Shown here piece by piece: positions 38,877 through 49,182 of a stretch of 64,000 bases of DNA (positions are counted from its first letter, which is position 1; each line of letters begins with the position of its first letter). A program made the position numbers and the translations under genes. Source of the DNA: an uncultured Candidatus Saccharibacteria bacterium (lineage in GTDB: Bacteria > Patescibacteriota > Minisyncoccia > Phycocordibacterales > UBA12088). The DNA is taken from positions 2,885 to 66,884 of the forward strand of contig CAZLUD010000003.1 in NCBI GenBank assembly GCA_964562615.1. Reading direction: 5' to 3'. Under the pieces are notes generated by a model. It had not been told where the DNA came from. It did not search any database and saw only the letters and a list, made by a program, of their open reading frames with translations.

Positions 38877-39469
38877 GTCATCATATCTATAGGACAGAGG
38901 CGATAGTACTATCTGCACGCCCCTATAAAGAGGCGAATCTCCTCGCTACCTTTCTTACGCGCGAGATGGGCGTGGTACGTGCGGTAGTTATTAGTGGCAG
39001 AAAAGAATCGTCTCGCTTGCGATACGGCGTGCAGCCACTCTCACAAGTAGAGCTCTCTCTGGTGCGCGGCAAACTGCTTTGGAGAGTTACCGGGGTTCAT
39101 GTGGTTGAACAGTGGCAAACAACACTTGTGCGTAAGAGTGATAGGGAAATAATGCGACGCATAGGAAATCTCATTGAGGCACTAGTAGTAGAAGAGGATG
39201 CGAGTGTGACATTATATACCACCTTTATAGAGGGTATGCGCGCTATAGTGCTCGAGTCTGATGCGGGGATACGCTCTTTGAGGGAGTTGTACATGGTTCG
39301 GTACATACTAGGAGAGCTTGGATATATGGAAAAAGAAACCACCGCTTTGTTTAACTTGTCATCAGTGGTAAGCAAAGAAGCTATTGAGGCTATGATGAAA
39401 GAAAAGGCAACCTTGGTAGGAAAGATAAATCACGCAATTGGTGCATCACAGTTGTACCGAAGTCATTAA
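38873..39469 (+). CDS. recO: DNA repair protein RecO
   Basis: TEAIVL...EAN...LTREMG...RK..SRL N-terminal OB pattern. Confidence 0.85.
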   Translation: MSHHIYRTEAIVLSARPYKEANLLATFLTREMGVVRAVVISGRKESSRLRYGVQPLSQVELSLVRGKLLWRVTGVHVVEQWQTTLVRKSDREIMRRIGNLIEALVVEEDASVTLYTTFIEGMRAIVLESDAGIRSLRELYMVRYILGELGYMEKETTALFNLSSVVSKEAIEAMMKEKATLVGKINHAIGASQLYRSH

Positions 39470-39490
39470 ATACGCGCTATACTAATCGTA

Positions 39491-41452
39491 ATGAATGAAA
39501 AGGATGATGATGCTATACATAAGGTGCAATCCAAGCTCTACTCGCGAAAACAAGCGATAGAGCCAAGAGAGCGCAGGCAACTTGCTCCTGATACCCATGT
39601 GGTTTCTGAGGAGTGGGGGACACAGGATGTGGTAGCTGACCCATCCTATACCACCATGCTCATCTCAAAGATGAGAGCGCGTGCATCTGCAGCAAAACGG
39701 ACACAAGAGATGCTCCCTTCGGTAAAGATACTACTCATAGCGTCAGTAGTTTTTTTCCTCTTCTCGTCTGTTGTCTCACTCATTTTGTTTTTTGGAGGTT
39801 CAAATGTCGTGTCTGCCCGAAATATTGATATTGAAATAGCGGGTCCCGTTGCTATGGAGGGTGGTCAAGAGTTGGTGCTACAGATTGGCATAGTAAACAG
39901 AAATTCAATACCTCTTGAGCTTGCTGATCTTATTGTTGAATATCCTGATGGAACACGAATGTCAGGCAACCTTAATGCTGAGTTGCCACGAACAAGAGAA
40001 TCAATCGGCACCATTAAGCCGGGAGAGAAAGTAAAAAAAACCGCTCGCGCAATTTTGTTTGGACCTGAAAATTCTTCACAGCGTGTACTCGTTACTCTTG
40101 AATATCGCATACAAGATTCAAATGCCATTTTTGTGAAGGAGGCATCACACGATATCGTGCTTAGCGCGGCACCAATAGCAGTACGAGTGGGAGCACTAGA
40201 GGAGGTGGTTTCTGGTCAAGAAGTAGAATTTACCGTTGAGCTTATTTCTAACTCAACACAAACCATAGAGGATGTGTTGTTGGTAGCTGAATACCCACAA
40301 GGATTTGAACTTACCGAGAGTAATCCTAAAGCCTCATTTGATTCACATATTTGGGCACTAGGTTCTCTAGAGCCAAAAACAAAAAAGGTAGTTACCTTGC
40401 GTGGGGTGGTGATAGGACAAAATCTTGAATCACGAATAATTCGTTTTAATGTGGGTGTACAAAGCAAGAGTAACGAACGTGAGCTAGCCGCGACATTCGG
40501 GACCAATGAATCTTCATTTGTTATCAAAAAACCATTCATAGGACTTGCAGTAGGAATAAATGGATCTACCACGCAAGGAGATGCAGTGATTGCGGGTGGT
40601 GAGGCGGTACGAGTGGATATTGTTTGGGAAAACAATCTACCGACAAAGATTTTGGATGGTGAAATAATCGTCTCACTTTCTGGTGGTGGATACGACAGAA
40701 AATCAGTTGCAGCAGCAAATGGTTTTTATGATTCTAATACCAACACCATTCGATGGACGGCAGAGACTATCCCTGCGCTTAAAGAAATAGCTCCCGGTGC
40801 AAGGGGGAGTGTTTCTTATAGCATAAAGACCCTCGCGATAGCAGATGATAGAAGTAACAATCAAACTCTCTCACTAGATACTCGTATACGAGGAAGAAGA
40901 ATTAACGAGGTAAATGTTCCAGAAGAAATAGAGTCATTAGTTACGAAGCGAGCGCTTATTGCTACCGATCTTATTTTTACCGCTCGCTCGCTGTATAGCA
41001 CCGGCGCCTTCAGTAACAGTGGTCCGATACCGCCAAAGGCAGAAACACAGACAACGTACACCGTGGTGTGGTCGCTTGGAAATAGTGTTAATGATCTTGA
41101 GAATGTAAAAGTGGTGGCAAACATTCCATCATATGTAAAATGGCTAGGTGCAATTAATCCTATAGGTGAAGATGTGGTATACAATCCCGTTGGTGGGAGA
41201 GTGACATGGAATGTCGGCACGCTCCCTGCGGGTGTGGGTACTAATACTAAATCAAGAGAGGTGTCCTTTCAGATTGCGATAACTCCAAGCCTCTCACAGA
41301 TTGATGAATCACCCCTGTTGGTAGGGCAGCAATCAGTCACTGGGCTTGACTCATTTACAAAGACGCAGATACAATCCTCCTACGCTCCTGTAACGACAGA
41401 ATTACTTCTTGATCCTGCGCATGGACGAGGGTCAGGGAAGGTGGCACCATAA
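39491..41452 (+). CDS. Membrane-anchored multi-Ig-like (DUF11-like) protein
   Basis: One TM followed by repeated beta-rich domains with W.LG.L/W.VG.L motifs. Confidence 0.7.
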   Translation: MNEKDDDAIHKVQSKLYSRKQAIEPRERRQLAPDTHVVSEEWGTQDVVADPSYTTMLISKMRARASAAKRTQEMLPSVKILLIASVVFFLFSSVVSLILFFGGSNVVSARNIDIEIAGPVAMEGGQELVLQIGIVNRNSIPLELADLIVEYPDGTRMSGNLNAELPRTRESIGTIKPGEKVKKTARAILFGPENSSQRVLVTLEYRIQDSNAIFVKEASHDIVLSAAPIAVRVGALEEVVSGQEVEFTVELISNSTQTIEDVLLVAEYPQGFELTESNPKASFDSHIWALGSLEPKTKKVVTLRGVVIGQNLESRIIRFNVGVQSKSNERELAATFGTNESSFVIKKPFIGLAVGINGSTTQGDAVIAGGEAVRVDIVWENNLPTKILDGEIIVSLSGGGYDRKSVAAANGFYDSNTNTIRWTAETIPALKEIAPGARGSVSYSIKTLAIADDRSNNQTLSLDTRIRGRRINEVNVPEEIESLVTKRALIATDLIFTARSLYSTGAFSNSGPIPPKAETQTTYTVVWSLGNSVNDLENVKVVANIPSYVKWLGAINPIGEDVVYNPVGGRVTWNVGTLPAGVGTNTKSREVSFQIAITPSLSQIDESPLLVGQQSVTGLDSFTKTQIQSSYAPVTTELLLDPAHGRGSGKVAP

Positions 41453-41456
41453 CCGC

Positions 41457-42848
41457 ATGAAAGAACCACAAAAAGAATCATCCATCGAGAAAGTAGTGTC
41501 ACTTTGTAAACGAAGAGGCTTTATATTTCCGGGGTCAGAAATCTACGGAGGACTAGCTGGTACGTATGACTACGGACCTCTTGGTCTTGCTATAAAAAAG
41601 AACATCGAAGCGCTGTGGTGGAAGCATTTTGTAGACAGCAGGGACGAGGTGTACGGCATAGACAGCGCCATACTCATGAATCCTCGAGTCTGGGAAGCGT
41701 CAGGGCACGTTGGAGGATTTTCAGACCCGTTAGTTGAGGATGTGGTTAATCACAAACGATATCGCGCTGATCACCTGCTTGAAGAGGCGGGTGTGGATGT
41801 CTCTGGTATGTCACTTGCACAGATGGGAGAGATGCTTTTGGAAAAGAATATAAAGAGTGCGGATGGAAACTCTCTCTCAAGTCCACAACAATTCAATATG
41901 ATGTTTAAAACATCAGTTGGCTCAGTAGAAGGACCAGACCAAATAGCGTATCTCAGACCAGAAACCGCGCAGGGCATGTTTGTGAATTTCAAAAATATCA
42001 TTGACACCTTTCATCCAAAACTTCCTTTTGGTATTGCGCAAATTGGGAAAAATTTTAGAAATGAAATTGCACCACGAGATTTTATTTTTAGAGTACGCGA
42101 GCTTGAGATAATGGAATTTGAGTACTTCTTAGAAGAAAAGAATTGGCAAGAGACATTTGAATCACTCAAAATACTATCGCATGAGTTGTTTGCGCTCCTT
42201 GGATTTTCTTCTGATGATGTTAAAGAAGTAGAAGTAGGTGATGGGGATAGAGCCCACTACAGTAAGAGGACGCTTGATTTCTACTTTAAGTACCCATTCG
42301 GATATAAAGAAATAGGCGGTATCGCGTACCGTGGAGATTTTGACCTACGTAACCATATTGATAAAAGTGGTGCAGACTTGCGCTACCATGACGCCACAAG
42401 TAACGAAAAATTTGTACCTCATGTAATTGAGCCCACCTTTGGACTCGGACGATTAGTACTTGCCGTACTTGCTAAAGCATATGATGAGGATACGTTAGGG
42501 GGTGAGGATAGAGTGGTGCTTAGACTCCCAAAACATCTTGCCCCGTATCAGGCAGCAGTGTTTCCTCTGCTTAAAAACAAACCAGAGCTTCAAACCAAAG
42601 CGCGTGAGGTGTACGCACAGCTTAAAAAGGATTTTCCACGAATTACCTTTGATGATAATGGCAATATTGGCAAGCGCTATAGAAGACAAGATGAAATTGG
42701 AACACCACTTTGCATTACTATCGATTTTGACACACTCGGAGAAGGGGATGAGGCTACAAACAAAGACACGGTAACGGTGCGGGATAGGGACTCCGGAGAA
42801 CAGCACCGTGTCGCTATTGCCGACCTTGCGTCACATTTGCTCAGATAA
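41457..42848 (+). CDS. glyQS: Glycine--tRNA ligase (alpha2 type)
   Basis: YDYGPLG, LRPETAQG, FRNEI, VIEPTFG, IGKRYRRQDEIGTP. Confidence 0.96.
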   Translation: MKEPQKESSIEKVVSLCKRRGFIFPGSEIYGGLAGTYDYGPLGLAIKKNIEALWWKHFVDSRDEVYGIDSAILMNPRVWEASGHVGGFSDPLVEDVVNHKRYRADHLLEEAGVDVSGMSLAQMGEMLLEKNIKSADGNSLSSPQQFNMMFKTSVGSVEGPDQIAYLRPETAQGMFVNFKNIIDTFHPKLPFGIAQIGKNFRNEIAPRDFIFRVRELEIMEFEYFLEEKNWQETFESLKILSHELFALLGFSSDDVKEVEVGDGDRAHYSKRTLDFYFKYPFGYKEIGGIAYRGDFDLRNHIDKSGADLRYHDATSNEKFVPHVIEPTFGLGRLVLAVLAKAYDEDTLGGEDRVVLRLPKHLAPYQAAVFPLLKNKPELQTKAREVYAQLKKDFPRITFDDNGNIGKRYRRQDEIGTPLCITIDFDTLGEGDEATNKDTVTVRDRDSGEQHRVAIADLASHLLR

Positions 42849-42907
42849 CATATCTATATGGGGAAAGTGTGTAGTCTCTCTATATTGCTGCGTGCTACTA
42901 TAGAGCA

Positions 42908-43963
42908 ATGAAAGGAAACACTACTATAGTTATTAGTCCAAAGACGCTATTTTTAGCAACGGCGATTGTGCTTGGTCTTTACACGCTCTATGTACTCAAA
43001 GACCTTGTGCTGGTACTTCTCACCTCAATTGTTATCGCAAGCGCGATAGAGCCAGCGGTGGATTGGTTTAAACGGTACCACGTACCTCGCGTAGTTGCGG
43101 TCATTACGGTATATGCCACCATCATCGGATTTTTTGCTGGGCTTATTGGGTTTTTCATCCCACCAGTCCTTGATGAAATGTCCGGCTTTCTCGATATATT
43201 GCCAACATACTTAGAGCAAGTAAGTATCTCAAACCCAATGACTGGTGAGGTGGTCCATGATGAGGCGGGGGCAGTATTTTCACTTCGAGACGGAGTAATA
43301 GAGTTACGAAACGCGCTCACTAACGCATCAGACGGATTTGTACAAACGGTATCTATCGTATTCGGCGGCTTTGTAAGCTTTGTACTTATCATCATTTTTT
43401 CATTTTATTTTTCTGTACAAGATAAGGGAATTGATGACTTTCTTCGGTTGGTTGTTCCGGCAAAGTACACCAATAAGGTATTAGACCTCTGGAAGAGAAG
43501 TCAGAAAAAAATTGGTCTATGGATGCAAGGACAACTCCTTCTTGGGCTGATTGTGGGAGTGCTTACGTACCTAGGACTTACCGTGCTTGGCGTGAGATAC
43601 AGTTTACTTTTTGCAATAATTGCTGGATTGCTTGAGATTATCCCACTCTTTGGTCCGGTACTCGCATCAATACCCGCTATCGCTCTTGCCTTTGTGGATG
43701 GAGGCCCATCACTTGGCTTTTTAGTCATTGGGCTATACCTTATTATTCAGCAATTTGAAAACCATCTTATTCACCCGTTGGTGGTATCAAAAGTGGTTGG
43801 AGTACCGCCTATACTTATTATCCTCTCCCTCCTCGTGGGAGGGCATTTAGCAGGCTTTCTGGGCATAATTCTTGCGGTACCTCTTGCTGCGGTACTACAA
43901 GAATTAGTTGCAGAAATATCTCGAGAGCGAGCGAGCTTGAATAGCGCCCCAAAGAGTGCTTAG
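42908..43963 (+). CDS. AI-2E family transporter
   Basis: GQLL, IPLFGP, QQFENHLI.P motifs; multi-TM. Confidence 0.9.
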   Translation: MKGNTTIVISPKTLFLATAIVLGLYTLYVLKDLVLVLLTSIVIASAIEPAVDWFKRYHVPRVVAVITVYATIIGFFAGLIGFFIPPVLDEMSGFLDILPTYLEQVSISNPMTGEVVHDEAGAVFSLRDGVIELRNALTNASDGFVQTVSIVFGGFVSFVLIIIFSFYFSVQDKGIDDFLRLVVPAKYTNKVLDLWKRSQKKIGLWMQGQLLLGLIVGVLTYLGLTVLGVRYSLLFAIIAGLLEIIPLFGPVLASIPAIALAFVDGGPSLGFLVIGLYLIIQQFENHLIHPLVVSKVVGVPPILIILSLLVGGHLAGFLGIILAVPLAAVLQELVAEISRERASLNSAPKSA

Positions 43964-43972
43964 ATTGGCTCC

Positions 43973-45412
43973 ATGGTGAAAAAACCTTTATTTATATCGA
44001 CCTCTATACCGTATGTAAACGCAAGACCTCACCTCGGTCATGCGCTAGAATTTGTACAAGCAGATGCATTTGCTCGTTTTGCGAGGATGGTGGGATATGA
44101 TGTGTTTTTTCTTTCAGGGACTGATGACAATGCCTTAAAGAATGTGCTCAAGGCTGAAGAAGCGGGAGAGGACGTTCGCAAGTATGTAAATCGCCACGCG
44201 CTAATCTTTAAAGAGCTACTCGAACAACTCAATGTCTCTCATGATGATTTTATACGTACCTCGCATGACGCTCGACACTTGGTGGGGGCGCAAACTCTAT
44301 GGAAGTCTTTCAAAAAAGAAGACGTGGTAAAAAAGGAGTACGAGGGATTGTATTGTGTTGGGTGTGAAGAATTTAAAACAGAGAAAGATTTAGTTAATGG
44401 TGAATGTCCCGAACATCCCGGAAAGAAACCAGAGCGAATCTTAGAAGAAAATTATTTCTTTAAACTCGGCAATTATACTGAGGCATTAATCGCATACATT
44501 GAAGAAGATAAGCTTCGTATTAGTCCGCAGACAAGAAAAAATGAAGTACTCAGTTTTTTGCGAGGAGGACTAGAGGATCTTAGTATTTCTCGTAGTATGG
44601 CACGTGCGCACGGGTGGGGGGTGCCGGTGCCTCACGATGATTCTCAGGTTATGTATGTATGGGTAGATGCGCTATCAAATTACATCACCGCGCTCGAGTA
44701 CGGCACTCATGGAGACAACTTTACTCACTACTGGGAAAACCCAGCTTCAAGAAGTATTCATGTTATTGGTAAAGGTATAAGCAGGTTCCATGCTATTTAT
44801 TGGCCGGCAATGCTTCTGTCTGCTGGGGTACCACTACCGAAACAGCTTGTGGTGCACGGATACATCACTGTAAATGCACAAAAAATGTCAAAAACAATTG
44901 GTAATGTGGTTGACCCGTTATCGCTTGTTGCTGAGTATGGCACTGATGCGGTGCGGTACTATCTCCTTAGAGAAGTACATCCGTTTGAAGACGGAGACTT
45001 TACCTTTGAGCGATTTAAAGAGGTCTATAATGCCAATCTTGCAAATGGGCTAGGTAATGTAGTGTCTCGTGTTATGAAGCTTGCAGAAACATATCTTGCA
45101 GCAGATGAACTACCTACCATAGAAATGCCAGAAGCATTTGCCGCGCTACTAGAAGAGTACAAATACAATGAGGCAATGGATTATATTTGGAAACTAATCA
45201 AAGAGGCAGATGGCAGAATGACCAGTGAAGAGCCGTTTAAACTCATAAAGACTGATAGTGAGAAGGCGAAAAAGTGTATATATGAACTTCGCGCTATGGT
45301 GTATGCCATAGGGTGGTTACTCGCGCCGATGCTTCCAGAAACAAGCGAAAAAATACTCCAAGCGGTACGCGATAATAAAAAACCAGAACCACTCTTTTTA
45401 AGAAGGGACTAA
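43973..45412 (+). CDS. metG: Methionine--tRNA ligase
   Basis: YVNARPHLGH, YVWVDAL, KMSKTIGN, LANGLGN. Confidence 0.96.
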   Translation: MVKKPLFISTSIPYVNARPHLGHALEFVQADAFARFARMVGYDVFFLSGTDDNALKNVLKAEEAGEDVRKYVNRHALIFKELLEQLNVSHDDFIRTSHDARHLVGAQTLWKSFKKEDVVKKEYEGLYCVGCEEFKTEKDLVNGECPEHPGKKPERILEENYFFKLGNYTEALIAYIEEDKLRISPQTRKNEVLSFLRGGLEDLSISRSMARAHGWGVPVPHDDSQVMYVWVDALSNYITALEYGTHGDNFTHYWENPASRSIHVIGKGISRFHAIYWPAMLLSAGVPLPKQLVVHGYITVNAQKMSKTIGNVVDPLSLVAEYGTDAVRYYLLREVHPFEDGDFTFERFKEVYNANLANGLGNVVSRVMKLAETYLAADELPTIEMPEAFAALLEEYKYNEAMDYIWKLIKEADGRMTSEEPFKLIKTDSEKAKKCIYELRAMVYAIGWLLAPMLPETSEKILQAVRDNKKPEPLFLRRD

Positions 45413-45421
45413 TAGTATTTT

Positions 45422-46210
45422 GTGCGGTACATAGATATACATGCTCATCTTGATGATACGGCGTACGATACCGACAGAGCGGATGTATTGCGTGTACTTA
45501 AAGAACACGAGATTGGCGTTATTACGATTGGTACTACGTTACAAAGCTCGCAACAAGCAAGTGAGCTCGCAAGAGCAAATACCCATGTCTTTGCGTGCAT
45601 TGGTGTACATCCCGATGATGGCGCAGGTGAAATCTTTATAGAAAAGGAGTATGAGGCGATACTTCACCCTCGCGTGGTGGGGGTAGGTGAGTGCGGCTTG
45701 GATTATTTTCGTGCCAACAAAGCTGATGTATACCCCCAGCAAAAAGCACTATTTGAAGCACAGATACAATTTGCGATTTCGCACAACCTTCCTCTTATGC
45801 TCCACGTGCGTCCACGTAGGGGTACATGTGATGCGTATCACGATGCGCTCGACATACTAGAATCATACGCGCGGGAGTTTCCTACCCTGAGGGGTAATAG
45901 TCATTTTTTTGCGGGGGACGTGGCGGTTGCTTCGCGTTTGTTTGCTATTGGATTTACTATTTCCTTTACAGGGGTGATCACGTTTGCGCGAGAGTATGAT
46001 GAGGTCATACAGTATGCTCCGCTTGAGTGTATACACGCGGAGACTGATGCACCCTATGTCGCACCGGTGCCATACAGAAAAGAGCGTAATAATCCGCTCT
46101 ATATAAGCGAGATAGTACGACGCCTTGCAGAAATAAAAGGGATACAGCCGGAAAAATTGGAGGATATTCTGCTTAATAATGCAGCAAGACTATTTAACCT
46201 TGGGCTATAA
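45422..46210 (+). CDS. tatD: TatD-family nuclease
   Basis: DIHAHL, GVHP, GECGLDY, ETDAPY; follows metG. Confidence 0.93.
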   Translation: MRYIDIHAHLDDTAYDTDRADVLRVLKEHEIGVITIGTTLQSSQQASELARANTHVFACIGVHPDDGAGEIFIEKEYEAILHPRVVGVGECGLDYFRANKADVYPQQKALFEAQIQFAISHNLPLMLHVRPRRGTCDAYHDALDILESYAREFPTLRGNSHFFAGDVAVASRLFAIGFTISFTGVITFAREYDEVIQYAPLECIHAETDAPYVAPVPYRKERNNPLYISEIVRRLAEIKGIQPEKLEDILLNNAARLFNLGL

Positions 46211-46323
46211 GATGGGTTGTATATACAGAAAAGGTGCGGTGTGGGGTACTCACCGCGGCATATTGCCGATATTTGATTGGCGTGGTACAGTTCGTGCGTT
46301 ATTAGTTAGTTTTGTCAGTATTT

Positions 46324-46836
46324 ATGACACAGACACACGAAGACAAGGCATCAGAGCTTGTGGTATATGAGCTAGGATATCACCTTGTTCCAACGCTCAC
46401 CGATGATGAGCTAGAACTTCGTGTGCAGGAACTACGCACGCTTATTACGCAAGCGAGCGGAACGATTCTCCATGAGGGGTTCCCGGAGCGTCACGATCTT
46501 GCATACACGATACGAAAGAGCATTCAAGGCTCGTATCAAAAGTTCGATGATTCATATTTCGGTTGGTGTAAGTTTGAAGGTATGCCAGAAGGGCAGGATG
46601 CATTAAAAGAAGGACTTGATCATATGCAGGATCTCGTACGATACATAATCGTAAAGACCAATGCAGATGCGTACGAGCCAACGGCACCAAAGATTATTGA
46701 GAGAGAAAAGGAGGCACCAGAGAGTAAGGGTATTGGTGCTGCAGGAGCGGGGGATATAGATATTTCTGAAGAGGAGATCACCAAGGCGGTTGATGAGCTT
46801 ATTGTTGAGGATGAGGGAGCGACTAAGAAAGAATAA
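46324..46836 (+). CDS. rpsF: 30S ribosomal protein S6 with acidic tail
   Basis: YELGY, LAYTI.K, VRYIIVK; rpsF-ssb-rpsR order. Confidence 0.9.
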   Translation: MTQTHEDKASELVVYELGYHLVPTLTDDELELRVQELRTLITQASGTILHEGFPERHDLAYTIRKSIQGSYQKFDDSYFGWCKFEGMPEGQDALKEGLDHMQDLVRYIIVKTNADAYEPTAPKIIEREKEAPESKGIGAAGAGDIDISEEEITKAVDELIVEDEGATKKE

Positions 46837-46881
46837 TCTGATACCATTATCAGTGTAATTATTCTTTAGACGTCTACGTAT

Positions 46882-47316
46882 ATGTATCTCAATAAAGTAT
46901 ATCTCATTGGTAACCTTACCCGCGATCCAGAAGAGCGAGCACTCCCATCAGGGATAAAAGTGACTTCTTTTTCGCTTGCAACAAATCGACGCTACAAAGA
47001 TCAATCGGGTGCGTGGCAGGATGCGACTGAATATCACAATGTAGTGGTATTTGGAAGACAAGCAGAGACATCAGCACAATACTTGCGTAAGGGTAATTCT
47101 GTTCTCATCGAAGGTCGTATGCAGACAAGAAGTTGGGAAAAGGATGGACAAAAGCAGTATCGCACCGAGATAGTTGCTGAGCGCGTTCAATTCGGACCTA
47201 AGGGAGGTGAGGCGGGAGGCGCTGCCGCTCCCGGGGCTCCAAAGAAAGATACCAAAGAGCCTGAGGCTATTGAGTACCCTGAAGATGATATTAATCCAGA
47301 AGACATACCGTTTTAA
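46882..47316 (+). CDS. ssb: Single-stranded DNA-binding protein
   Basis: NKVYLIGNLTRDPE, C-terminal DIPF. Confidence 0.97.
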   Translation: MYLNKVYLIGNLTRDPEERALPSGIKVTSFSLATNRRYKDQSGAWQDATEYHNVVVFGRQAETSAQYLRKGNSVLIEGRMQTRSWEKDGQKQYRTEIVAERVQFGPKGGEAGGAAAPGAPKKDTKEPEAIEYPEDDINPEDIPF

Positions 47317-47334
47317 ACATTGTTGTTACTCACC

Positions 47335-47526
47335 ATGGAACAAAAAAGACACAGTCACAAACACATAGACTACAAAGACCTAGAGCTATTGAAGCGATAC
47401 CTTAACCCATATGGCCGTATTCTTTCTCGAAAGAGAACAGGACTTACTGCAAGTAGCCAGCGAATGCTCGCGGGCGCGGTAAAGCGAGCTCGTTTTATGG
47501 CATTGCTTCCATATATCGAACGATAG
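47335..47526 (+). CDS. rpsR: 30S ribosomal protein S18
   Basis: [26 protein letters not shown]. Confidence 0.96.
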   Translation: MEQKRHSHKHIDYKDLELLKRYLNPYGRILSRKRTGLTASSQRMLAGAVKRARFMALLPYIER

Positions 47527-47542
47527 TAGTACGTGTGAATGC

Positions 47543-47590
47543 ACACCAAAAAACCACTATAGCAGTATTGCTATAGTGGTTTTTTGGTGT
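47543..47590. terminator. Bidirectional terminator between rpsR and efp
   Basis: 22-bp inverted arms around a GTAT loop. Confidence 0.8.
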
Positions 47591-47603
47591 CTAAGGTGTA
47601 TAC

Positions 47604-48173
47604 CTACGCCTTCTCTACGCGCTCCACATATTCATTTGAGTCTGTATTTACTCGTATCATGTCACCAACATTGATAAACATTGGTACGGTAACCGCAGCG
47701 CCGCTCTCGAGGGTTGCGATTTTGTTACCGCCTTGTACCGAGTTGCCTTTTACATTTGGTGGAGTGTCAGCTACAAGCAATTCCATTTTAACCGGGATAG
47801 TAATACTGATAAGCGCCTCATTAAAGAATAGGGCAGTCACCTCAGTATTTGCTTTTAAGTACAATAGCTCGTGTTCAATGGTGTCACTCGGTATCATGTA
47901 CCGCTCGCTCTTGTTGGTGACGTTATGGAACCAGCTTTCGCCTTTTTGGGTGTATATATATACCAACGTTTTTGTTTCTATATCAGCTTCAGGGATAGTT
48001 TCGTTTTGGTGGAACGACCGCTCCGTTACTTTGCCAGTTTTAAGGTGCTTAAGCGTTGTCTGATTAACCGGTTTTCGCTGTTGCTTTCTAAATACATGTG
48101 AGGCAAGCACCATATATGGCTCGCCCTCTATGTCGATAATCTTCTTTGGTAGTATTTCATTATAGTCCAACAT
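47604..48173 (-). CDS. efp: Elongation factor P
   Basis: LKHLKTG, K.ATLESG, VPMFINVGD.IRVNT...YVER. Confidence 0.93.
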   Translation of the reverse strand: MLDYNEILPKKIIDIEGEPYMVLASHVFRKQQRKPVNQTTLKHLKTGKVTERSFHQNETIPEADIETKTLVYIYTQKGESWFHNVTNKSERYMIPSDTIEHELLYLKANTEVTALFFNEALISITIPVKMELLVADTPPNVKGNSVQGGNKIATLESGAAVTVPMFINVGDMIRVNTDSNEYVERVEKA

Positions 48174-48266
48174 ACCGAATGATTATGCCGTTTTTTAAAT
48201 ACTTTGCAACCTTTTTGCTGTGCGGACGGTTGCAATATGTGTAGGTCGAGTTAGCATACTATTACC

Positions 48267-48833
48267 ATGGAGTATTTAGAAGACAATAAAGAACTTTCAG
48301 ACCTACAGGTGTTGCGTGCTTCTATCGAGGCGCCTGAGATGTTTGTGTATGTAGTGAGGCGTTATGAAGATGCCTTCATGAGAAAGGCAAAGACGGTGCT
48401 TCGTAATGAAGACGACGCTCGGGATGTGGTGCAGGATACGTTTACTAAAATTTTTATTAACGCAGGAAAGTTTAAAGAAGAGGAGGGGGCATCATTTAGC
48501 TCATGGGCATATCGAATACTCATGAATACTGCATTTACTAAGTACCAAAAAAGTAAACGTGACCGTGCGCGATCGGCAGACCTAGAGCCTGAGGCATTTG
48601 AAGCGCTCCCAGATACGCAGATGAGGCAGTTTGAAAAACTTGAGGTGACCGATGCGGTTATGATCGCACTTGCCAAATTACCAGAGCATTTTGAAACGGT
48701 GCTTCGGTTATCGTATCTAGAAGGTTTGCCACACGAAGCAATAGCAAAGAGAGAGGGTATAAGTGTTGGGGCAATAAAGACACGAATGCACCGAGCAAAG
48801 CATGCCTTCAAAAAGGCAGTGGGGGAATGGTGA
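48267..48833 (+). CDS. ECF RNA polymerase sigma factor
   Basis: DVVQDTF, FSSWAYRI..N, EAIA...GAIKTRMHRAK. Confidence 0.92.
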   Translation: MEYLEDNKELSDLQVLRASIEAPEMFVYVVRRYEDAFMRKAKTVLRNEDDARDVVQDTFTKIFINAGKFKEEEGASFSSWAYRILMNTAFTKYQKSKRDRARSADLEPEAFEALPDTQMRQFEKLEVTDAVMIALAKLPEHFETVLRLSYLEGLPHEAIAKREGISVGAIKTRMHRAKHAFKKAVGEW

Positions 48834-48855
48834 TATTATCAGTTATATACTTGTT

Positions 48856-49182
48856 ATGAATTCAAGAATTGAAGTAACGGTGATGAGGAGAGTGAGAGTG
48901 CTATCTTTTGTACGGATGCTGGTTTCTTCTGCAGCGCTTCGCCTCTACCTACTTGTGGTGTTTTCAGCAGCACTTACCTCTATGGTGTCTATATCAAATA
49001 TCGCAAGCAATGTACCGAACATCTTTGAATATGAGCGGTTTCTTACCTATGTCGTCGTAGCATTTAGCCACACTGAACTTGCAGTGCAGATTATTATTGT
49101 TGCCGTTGCCCTCATTGGTACTATGGTGCTACGTGATGCGATGCGACCAATAAAGGCGTTTCAAAAAGTGCAGCGTGCCTAG
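48856..49182 (+). CDS. Small two-TM protein, possible anti-sigma partner
   Basis: Directly after the ECF sigma gene; two hydrophobic segments. Confidence 0.55.
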   Translation: MNSRIEVTVMRRVRVLSFVRMLVSSAALRLYLLVVFSAALTSMVSISNIASNVPNIFEYERFLTYVVVAFSHTELAVQIIIVAVALIGTMVLRDAMRPIKAFQKVQRA

